Source: a virus
Lineage: Duplodnaviria; Caudoviricetes
Virus record (IMG/VR): IMGVR_UViG_3300020045_007943
Coordinates: 1-43,691 of that record
DNA: 43,691 bases
Reading direction: 5' to 3' (one strand)
Shown: positions 36,859 through 43,691 of the stretch, in pieces
How positions within the stretch are numbered: position 1 is the first letter of the stretch
Layout of the letters: every line of letters begins with the position of its first letter
Position numbers and translations under genes: made by a program
The notes under the pieces: generated by a model
Told to the model about the DNA's origin: nothing
Databases searched by the model: none
Seen by the model: the letters and a program-made list of their open reading frames with translations, nothing else

Positions 36859-37286
36859 GCTCCCTTAAGTTTAACCCAGCCCATACTAACCAAATCTTCT
36901 ACGCTTGCATCAAGATATGGCATGGCGTAACCTTTTGAGCGGAGGTAGTCGATCATATACGAAAGATTTTTAACTGTAAGCCAGCACCCTGTGTTTTGGC
37001 AAACCATCCTCTCTATACCTCTCTTCAAATAATTAATGTTGAATTCATTTCGGTCTTCACCATCATCCCAGTACATAGTGTCTTTAACTATTTTTTTAAC
37101 CTCAATAGCATCTTCATCTGTAATGGCTGATAGAGAGGTGAGTTCTAATATTGATTTATCAAAAAGTTTGTCTATAAGATATTCATTTACAACTTGTAAT
37201 CCAAATTGCTTAGGCTGAGTCTTTCCTATTCGGTGCCCCCAGTACTGCGCAAAGAATCGCGCTTTGTTTTCTAAATTATTTTCCAT
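36855..37286 (-). CDS. Hypothetical phage protein
   Basis: LTSLSAITDEDAIE...DYLRSKGYAMP pattern. Confidence 0.75.
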   Translation of the reverse strand: MENNLENKARFFAQYWGHRIGKTQPKQFGLQVVNEYLIDKLFDKSILELTSLSAITDEDAIEVKKIVKDTMYWDDGEDRNEFNINYLKRGIERMVCQNTGCWLTVKNLSYMIDYLRSKGYAMPYLDASVEDLVSMGWVKLKGA

Positions 37287-37427
37287 TAGTTTAATTCAAA
37301 AAGGTTAGTATATTAGTTTTGTACATCTTTGCCATTCCTGTAACGGCACTTTGAAAGTCGCAGAATATAGAGTTAGAATTTAGCGTTCGGAACTCATAAG
37401 TGTGCGTTTTAGGGTCGAATAGTAGCA

Positions 37428-37583
37428 TCATAGCTCATATCTTTTTAAATATCGTTTAAACAATTTGTGAATGTGGGCATATCTTGATACCGGCACGCGA
37501 ATAGCTAAAGTCCTGCTTTCTTCGCCGTACTTGTTGGTATTACCCGCACCTGGTCTTTTACCCCCGTGTGTGTGTTTAGTCAT
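37428..37583 (-). CDS. Small DNA-binding protein (AT-hook-like plus ribbon-helix-helix-like; 51 aa, not in ORF track)
   Basis: MTKHTHGGKRPGAG...TLAIRVPVS. Confidence 0.7.
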   Translation of the reverse strand: MTKHTHGGKRPGAGNTNKYGEESRTLAIRVPVSRYAHIHKLFKRYLKRYEL

Positions 37584-37587
37584 AGGT

Positions 37588-37794
37588 TTAAAGGCTTTCG
37601 CCTGATTGGTTTAATAAAACTTTTTTATGCCGATTACTGACAGGCATCCAAGAAAACCAACCTGATTGATAAAACCCAAGGTAACCATATTCATTCTTTG
37701 AAACCAATTTCGGGTTTGGTGATTTTTCAAGAGTATTTATAGCAAAATCCCCCTCTTCAATATCCCCATCACTTACTGTATAGTCCATACTCAT
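37588..37794 (-). CDS. Hypothetical protein
   Basis: ORF in antisense cassette. Confidence 0.55.
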   Translation of the reverse strand: MSMDYTVSDGDIEEGDFAINTLEKSPNPKLVSKNEYGYLGFYQSGWFSWMPVSNRHKKVLLNQSGESL

Positions 37795-37803
37795 TATTTT
37801 TAA

Positions 37804-37821
37804 AGGGCGGTGTTAACCGCC
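37804..37821. other. Intergenic GC hairpin (terminator or processing site)
   Basis: GGGCGG-TGTTAA-CCGCCC. Confidence 0.5.
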
Positions 37822-37826
37822 CGGGG

Positions 37827-38078
37827 TTAGTTAATAAAATGTAATTCGTGTACGTCTGCGTAACCTATTTCTTTTACCCAACCTTTTAACATAAATTCGG
37901 TAATATTATACGCTAATTCTTTTCTATCCTCCCTTGTATCTATTTCCCATTCTTTTTGTAAAACAGTAAGATTAACTACATTTTTGCCTCCTAATTTTTC
38001 TTTTAAATCATTAGCAGATTTAGCAGACATTAAAATGCTAAATAAGTTCCATGATTTTTTAGCGTGTATATCTTCCAT
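37827..38078 (-). CDS. Hypothetical protein, first gene of antisense cassette 2
   Basis: ORF downstream of a -7 box. Confidence 0.65.
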   Translation of the reverse strand: MEDIHAKKSWNLFSILMSAKSANDLKEKLGGKNVVNLTVLQKEWEIDTREDRKELAYNITEFMLKGWVKEIGYADVHELHFIN

Positions 38079-38110
38079 AATCTTTATATTTTGTTGTTGT
38101 TATCTGAGTG

Positions 38111-38187
38111 CAAATATACACCATATATTTGAATACGCAAACGAAATCAAATATATTTTTACATTATTTTTTTTAGTGGTATATTCG
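38111..38187. promoter_or_regulatory. Divergent promoters with inverted-repeat operator candidate
   Basis: TATATTTG on minus strand (38111-38118); ATATATTTGA-N14-TCAAATATAT (38123-38156); TATATTCG on plus strand (38180-38187). Confidence 0.6.
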
Positions 38188-38191
38188 CCTA

Positions 38192-39523
38192 ATGAATCAA
38201 CCCGTATTTATAAGGTTAGAGAACACGTATGAAGCAGCTATGTATTATAACAATAGCCCTATTATGCGTTCGTATAGCTTTAACGGGATACAGTTATTGC
38301 CTAATGCAGCTTATGCCTATACGCAGGTAGCTTATGTGGAGTTAGAAAACTTTATAGTGGAGTTGTTCAATATATGCGATAATAAGCTGGCAGATATAAA
38401 CCCGAACCTGTTTGAGATAACAACTTTTCAAGACCCTGAAACGGGGGAGAACGCTATATATTGGAGCTATAAACCTGATGATACCGACTTTGGGCAGCAG
38501 CTTGTTTACTTAAGGTTTACCCAGGGAGCTAACGATTATATTTACAGCAGCCCGTTTTACCTGACTAATGACGGTGCGGAGTACACAAGCCGCTGGGATT
38601 ACTGGAATAAATTAAATGATACGGTACTTTCTACGCAGCTAATTTTACATTACATACAGCCGCTTACACAGATTACGCTAAACGAATATAACGAGGTTTA
38701 TAGGGGTGGTTATAAATCTATTGTAAACAGGACAAAATATGAGCGTTGGCGGTTTGGGATTGTCTTTATTGAAATATTCCAAATGTTTGCTGATATGATG
38801 CGTAACAACTACGTATATGCTAACCTTAATCGGGCTAACCTATACAAGGCTTACGAAACACCTGAGCTTGTAGAAACTGAGAACTATGCCGAACTTAACA
38901 TAGACCTATATGTTAATGCAGCCGATAAGTACGACCCTAATTATGTGCCTTACGTACCACCTGCACCACCTGAAGATATGCAGATTATACTTGATGCCGT
39001 ACAAGGTAGTGGCGGTAACGTTATTTACACCCACCACGAAGTAGGATTTTCACCGGTCGCTTTGGTATATCAGTATAGTCTCGATCAGGTAATTTGGCTA
39101 AGCCAATTACAAACACCCGCAAGTCCACAAACTGTGCCAGTTGCAAACTGGGCGACTAACAGTTACTACTATCGTATAAAAGATGCCAGTTCTGATTTAT
39201 ATAGCAATGTACTGCAGCTTATCGCCCGATCGATTACTTTAGTGGCTGTTACAAGCGGGGATAGCCAATTTAACCCAAAAGGCAACCGCTATGCGCTATC
39301 ATACGCCGTTAATGGCTTTCAAATACCATCAGGTCAGGGCTTTACATTACAGTACAGCACCAATGGCGGAACAACGTTTGCAGGAAGTGCTGATTTAGTT
39401 GCGCCTAACCCGATAGCGGGTGTTATTGATTTTTCGATAACAGGCGATTTTGAAGCTACCAAATTTAGATTGAGATATTCGCCATTTGGCTTAATTTCTA
39501 ATACCGCAACACATGAGTTTTGA
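38192..39523 (+). CDS. Tail tip protein with C-terminal Ig/FN3-like domains
   Basis: Pro-rich linker YVPYVPPAPP; repeated YQYSLD / LQYSTNGG..F motifs. Confidence 0.6.
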   Translation: MNQPVFIRLENTYEAAMYYNNSPIMRSYSFNGIQLLPNAAYAYTQVAYVELENFIVELFNICDNKLADINPNLFEITTFQDPETGENAIYWSYKPDDTDFGQQLVYLRFTQGANDYIYSSPFYLTNDGAEYTSRWDYWNKLNDTVLSTQLILHYIQPLTQITLNEYNEVYRGGYKSIVNRTKYERWRFGIVFIEIFQMFADMMRNNYVYANLNRANLYKAYETPELVETENYAELNIDLYVNAADKYDPNYVPYVPPAPPEDMQIILDAVQGSGGNVIYTHHEVGFSPVALVYQYSLDQVIWLSQLQTPASPQTVPVANWATNSYYYRIKDASSDLYSNVLQLIARSITLVAVTSGDSQFNPKGNRYALSYAVNGFQIPSGQGFTLQYSTNGGTTFAGSADLVAPNPIAGVIDFSITGDFEATKFRLRYSPFGLISNTATHEF

Positions 39524-40337
39524 GCCAATAGATAATCTTATCATAACCCGTAAGACTTCCAAATATTGGACGTTGCAGGTTAATGATGAAACAGAAACGC
39601 GCGCGTCAAGTGCCTACGAGGGCATAAGGACTGGCGATTTTATCACTATTAAGACAAACACCGGAGCGCCTATAACAATGGTAGTGCCTTATAGCGTTAT
39701 ACAGTACTACGATAGCATGGATGCGGCAAATAACCTTACTGCACCTCAGAACTCCGATGAAATGTTCTCGCACCTTTTAGATCAGGATTTTTTCCTCGCC
39801 AGTAGCGGAGGCTCAGGGGGCGGTACTGGCGTAAATAATTTCCTTGAACTTTTAGATGTATTATTCCCAACTTACATAGGGCGTGAAGGAGAGGCTATAG
39901 TGATTAACGGCAATGGATTGGATTCTGCTCCATTCAATGCGAGTATAGCCTTTGAGGATCTTACAAATTGGCTGGGCGGGGTGCTGCAACCGAATCAGTA
40001 TATACTTAGTAATAGCGATGGCAGCGGTCTGGTGCAGGCTTCGATAAATAATATTGTAAACAGGCCGCACGCGTATGATGAGTACCAAATATTAGATAAG
40101 GGCTATACATGGGACGGAGACACAATTATACCAAATGAGGATTTGTACAGCCTGCAAATAGGCGATGTGATTAGGAAGTGGTTTTATGTATTGCCTTCCG
40201 AGGACTTCCCAAGCGGACAGGTGCTGTTAATGGAAAACGGAAGATATAAAGGCGGCGATATAAACGTACCACTTAACTACATACACTCAGGGCTTAAATC
40301 TTACGCGTTCGATACAGACCCCGATAAAGAATTTTAA
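39513..40337 (+). CDS. Putative tail fibre adaptor
   Basis: GGSGGG linker then FLELLDV / FEDLTN repeats; precedes fibre gene. Confidence 0.55.
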   Translation: MSFEPIDNLIITRKTSKYWTLQVNDETETRASSAYEGIRTGDFITIKTNTGAPITMVVPYSVIQYYDSMDAANNLTAPQNSDEMFSHLLDQDFFLASSGGSGGGTGVNNFLELLDVLFPTYIGREGEAIVINGNGLDSAPFNASIAFEDLTNWLGGVLQPNQYILSNSDGSGLVQASINNIVNRPHAYDEYQILDKGYTWDGDTIIPNEDLYSLQIGDVIRKWFYVLPSEDFPSGQVLLMENGRYKGGDINVPLNYIHSGLKSYAFDTDPDKEF

Positions 40338-40347
40338 ACACAAATAT

Positions 40348-42765
40348 ATGAAAATACGTTTTTTAATAGCATTGATGCTAATAGGATTGGGTGTAAATGC
40401 CCAAACCACAAACCCGTTAAGCGGCATAGTAAAGTTTGTGGAAAACCCGCAGCTTGCAACGATTGATACTACAGCCACTAAGCTAATCGGTCGTAAGGCT
40501 TCTGACGGGCGTATAGTCCGCTATAATTGGGGACAACTGGCTGCGTTATTTCAGTCGGGTGGCAGTACGCCATCTTTGCAGGAAGTTATTAATGCAGGTA
40601 GTACGGCAACGACTTCTAACCCTATCGTTATGAACGGGCAGGGAGGGCAAATATCGCTAAACAACCAAGGTGTTACCCTTATATCAGGCAACGGGGTAAA
40701 TACATTCTATGTAAGCGATACTATTGCTAAATTCTACAGCCGCGCACAAGGGATACCTGCAATACATAATAATGAATTGGCTACCCTTGGTCAGGTAAAT
40801 ACATTAGTAAGCGGTCAAGACCTGCAGGATGTTTTAAATTCAGGAAGTGCTGCAACCGTTAACACCAATGTGCTAATAAATCACGGCACCGGCGCTACAT
40901 ACTCAAACATCGCGTTAGAGGACGACTCAGCAGTGATAGGCACACTGAGCAATAATCTTAAAGTTACAAATACAACGGCTGTCATAGGCAGTCCGTTATC
41001 GGTTGGCGCGCCTGTGACGGAAGATGATGCTGTGAGACTTCAGGATTTACAGGGCTACATACCATTAAGCGGGACTGTTAGCGGTGCACCTGTAACGGGC
41101 GATATAGAAGTTAACGACGGTGTATACATAAAGCCTTCAGAAGCGAGTAATTTAAATGTAGGCACAGTAGGAAAAACTTATCTTCAATTTACAGATGAAG
41201 GCAAAGTTGTAATGGTTTCAAACGGCACAAATACAGGCGGACTTTTTGCTGATGCTGATTTTTCCCCTTATTACCTGCCTAATTCTTTTGTTCAAAAGTC
41301 ATGGGTGCAAAGTCAAATAGCTTCTGCTGGTGTCGGCACCGTTACATCTATAACGAGTAATAATGGGGTTACAGTAGATAATACAAATCCAGCTATACCC
41401 ATAATAGGATTGGGAAATATAACCCCGGCATCTGTAACATCTATGAATGGTACGTTTATAAGTGATTTGATAGTACCTACAATACCAGTAGGAGCAAACT
41501 CGGCAGTCTCTCGTAATTATTTAGACAATGCTTTAACAGGACTAACGTGGAAACAGGAGGTTAGGGTTAAAACAACTGGCAACATTACACTATCAGGCAC
41601 CCAAACAGTGGACGGGGTTTCATTAGCTGTTAATGATAGGGTTTTGGTGGGTAGCCAAACCAATGCTACTCAGAACGGAATTTATGTAGTTGCTTCAGGT
41701 GCATGGACGCGCGCACTCGATGCTGACACTTCAGCAGAAATAGGACAATCTGCTGAGCTGGTAAGGCTGGGAACTTTGTATAAAAATACCCAATGGACAT
41801 GTACAAATACATCGGATCCTGTAATCGGTACAGATAATATTACTTTCGGACAACTTGCAGGGGCAGGGACTTACACTAATGGTAATGGGATAACGCTTAC
41901 AGCTAATGTATTTGCTGCCGACCCTACATACATAAGCACTGCTACACAAACAGCACTTAACGGCAAAGAGCCTACACAATCAGGGACGGGTGTTGTTACA
42001 AAATCAGGCACAACAACAACCTACACTCCTGTATCTGCCACGCCTACATCAGGTAGCGCCGATATACTTACAAGCGGTGGCGCTTTTACAGCATTGGCGG
42101 GCAAGGCTACTATAGGGGGCGATGCTACTACAGCAACAATGATGATTGGAACTACTAATTCTTTTAACCTTACATTAATAAGAAATAATGTAAATCAGTT
42201 AAATCTTGACGGTAGCTATATACGTGCATTCATGCCGTTTACTTCTGCTACAGTTGCTAACGGTGTATTGTCTTTACTTACTACAGGTGTGGATGTTACC
42301 AGAACTCAAACCACAGGTGTTGCATTTACAGCAGGTAATACTAATGCCAGCAATACAGGCGACTTATTTAATGTTAAGAATTCTACAGGTGTTGTGGGGG
42401 GCTTTAGGTCTGATGGCAGGGGCTACGGTAGTAACGCAACAGCAAGCAATGATTTTGTACCTTTAGGTCAGGTACAGGCGGCCTTAATCCCCGCGTACTC
42501 CGCTAAGACTGCCAGCTATACCCTAACAGCTACAGATTATACCGTTACGCTTACATCAGGCACAGCAACCTTTACGTTACCTACAGCGGTAGGCATAACA
42601 GGTAAGATTTACATTGTAAAGAATAAAGGCGCGGGCGTTCTTACCATAGCCACTACAAGCAGCCAAACAATGGACGGAGCAACCACCGCAACCATATCTA
42701 CCACTTACGCAGGTAGGGTGCTGCAAAGCAACGGTACTAACTGGGACGTTATCGGATTATTTTAA
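40348..42765 (+). CDS. Tail fibre/adhesin-like protein with N-terminal signal peptide
   Basis: T/G/N-rich; fibre domain WKQEVRVKTTGNITLSGTQTVDGV...DRVLV..QNGIYVV..GAWTRA; signal peptide MKIRFLIALMLIGLGVNA-Q. Confidence 0.8.
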   Translation: MKIRFLIALMLIGLGVNAQTTNPLSGIVKFVENPQLATIDTTATKLIGRKASDGRIVRYNWGQLAALFQSGGSTPSLQEVINAGSTATTSNPIVMNGQGGQISLNNQGVTLISGNGVNTFYVSDTIAKFYSRAQGIPAIHNNELATLGQVNTLVSGQDLQDVLNSGSAATVNTNVLINHGTGATYSNIALEDDSAVIGTLSNNLKVTNTTAVIGSPLSVGAPVTEDDAVRLQDLQGYIPLSGTVSGAPVTGDIEVNDGVYIKPSEASNLNVGTVGKTYLQFTDEGKVVMVSNGTNTGGLFADADFSPYYLPNSFVQKSWVQSQIASAGVGTVTSITSNNGVTVDNTNPAIPIIGLGNITPASVTSMNGTFISDLIVPTIPVGANSAVSRNYLDNALTGLTWKQEVRVKTTGNITLSGTQTVDGVSLAVNDRVLVGSQTNATQNGIYVVASGAWTRALDADTSAEIGQSAELVRLGTLYKNTQWTCTNTSDPVIGTDNITFGQLAGAGTYTNGNGITLTANVFAADPTYISTATQTALNGKEPTQSGTGVVTKSGTTTTYTPVSATPTSGSADILTSGGAFTALAGKATIGGDATTATMMIGTTNSFNLTLIRNNVNQLNLDGSYIRAFMPFTSATVANGVLSLLTTGVDVTRTQTTGVAFTAGNTNASNTGDLFNVKNSTGVVGGFRSDGRGYGSNATASNDFVPLGQVQAALIPAYSAKTASYTLTATDYTVTLTSGTATFTLPTAVGITGKIYIVKNKGAGVLTIATTSSQTMDGATTATISTTYAGRVLQSNGTNWDVIGLF

Positions 42766-42781
42766 CTTTAATATATTTATT

Positions 42782-43201
42782 ATGAAGAGAATTTTAAGTG
42801 CTCTATTTTGTCTATTGACGGTATGCGGTGTCATTGTGTGGAGCATTGCTGCTAACAACCCGCCTGAGAATACCGTGACCTTTAGCGGCGAAACCGTAAC
42901 CAAACAATTAGGCTTTGTAGGCATACCCATTGCCAGTAAGGTTAATACCGATGTAAATGGATTGATTACGGTAACGTATCAAAACCCATACACCGTAACC
43001 CCTAACGTTCAGGCGAACATTGCTAACGGTACAGCTAACAGCCGTCAATACATAAGGATTTACAACAATACGGCCGCTGGCTTCACGTGCCAGGTTTATA
43101 GCTTTAATACCGCTACCGTGTTGGGATTAGATGTGCTGCTCGGTGCTAACGTTCCTGTATCGGGTGCGACCGTCGACTTTCTTATAACCGCAATGCAGTA
43201 G
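42782..43201 (+). CDS. Exported beta-sandwich protein (H-type lectin/gp53-like fibre tip candidate)
   Basis: Hydrophobic N-terminus; ITVTYQNPYTVTPNV...TAAGFT pattern. Confidence 0.55.
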   Translation: MKRILSALFCLLTVCGVIVWSIAANNPPENTVTFSGETVTKQLGFVGIPIASKVNTDVNGLITVTYQNPYTVTPNVQANIANGTANSRQYIRIYNNTAAGFTCQVYSFNTATVLGLDVLLGANVPVSGATVDFLITAMQ

Positions 43202-43203
43202 CT

Positions 43204-43575
43204 ATGACAACAGGAAACGTATATTTAGATTTGTTTATAGGTGGCATATTAGGGCAATTACTTCATGTACTTGTGCTTAAATTGCCAGCTGTAAAAAAAC
43301 GTGCCGAGAATGCTAATATGCAGTTCAACGCCCTTCAATATTTTAAAGATGATTGGCTTGGGTTAGCCGCGTCCATTATATCAATACTTATTTGTATATT
43401 TGTTTTTGATGAGATAACAGGTGCATATCCAAGCATAGTAAAATATGCCAAATTCTTTTTTATATTTGTGGGGTACACAGGTTCTTCTTTCCTGCTTGGT
43501 ATATTTAGCCGCGCAGAAAAAAAGATACAAAATGTTGTCGATGTAAAAACTAATATAGCCGATAATAAACAATGA
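43204..43575 (+). CDS. Putative holin
   Basis: Three TM segments, charged C-terminus, upstream of endolysin across the junction. Confidence 0.6.
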   Translation: MTTGNVYLDLFIGGILGQLLHVLVLKLPAVKKRAENANMQFNALQYFKDDWLGLAASIISILICIFVFDEITGAYPSIVKYAKFFFIFVGYTGSSFLLGIFSRAEKKIQNVVDVKTNIADNKQ

Positions 43576-43691
43576 AACAAGTAAGGGATTTTCTAAGAAG
43601 TTTATTTTATATTTGCCTTATACTGGCAGTGTTTATAGTATTTACTTTTAGCTGCGAATCCTGTAACCAAAATAAAACACAAAATGAGCAA
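43572..43691 (+). CDS. Small membrane protein/lipoprotein running off the window end
   Basis: MKQVRDFLRSLFYICLILAVFIVFTFSCESC; ATGA-coupled to the holin. Confidence 0.5.
   Translation, partial: MKQVRDFLRSLFYICLILAVFIVFTFSCESCNQNKTQNEQ

Larger units (their letters stand above)
1..43691. mobile_element. Tailed phage genome (siphovirus-like), probable Bacteroidota/Flavobacteriaceae host
   Basis: Terminase-portal-protease-capsid-tail-tape measure-fibre-lysis gene order; no host housekeeping genes; Bacteroidota-type promoter boxes. Confidence 0.95.

Noticed and set aside
40348-43201. Diversity-generating retroelement or invertible fibre system
   Set aside because: No reverse transcriptase, invertase or template/variable repeat pair seen
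1-43691. Stop-codon reassignment
   Set aside because: Long genes are intact in the standard code and all three stop codons end genes

Overview
The window looks like a complete or nearly complete ~43.7 kb tailed dsDNA phage genome (HK97-type capsid, long tape measure, no tail sheath recognised, so siphovirus-like). The host is probably a Bacteroidota/Flavobacteriaceae bacterium, judged from TAnnTTTG -7 promoter boxes, a DUF3127 SSB, a DUF6291 initiator and signal peptides followed by Gln. The lysis genes span the window ends. From left to right it has a leftward recombination operon, a rightward early region of many small ORFs with a C5 methyltransferase, a replication block with intragenic iterons, and packaging, head and tail genes. 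Two antisense accessory cassettes interrupt the tail module. I recognised no integrase, polymerase, tRNA or CRISPR array. The most unusual signals are: (i) a tail-fibre-like protein and its neighbour that both carry Sec-type signal peptides; (ii) an ~85-nt promoter-to-terminator RNA with two hairpins whose loops are perfectly complementary; (iii) -7 boxes 4-6 nt before the start codons of four structural blocks, suggesting leaderless mRNAs; (iv) tandem bulged hairpins just ahead of the capsid gene. All family assignments are from motif recognition by eye, not database searches.
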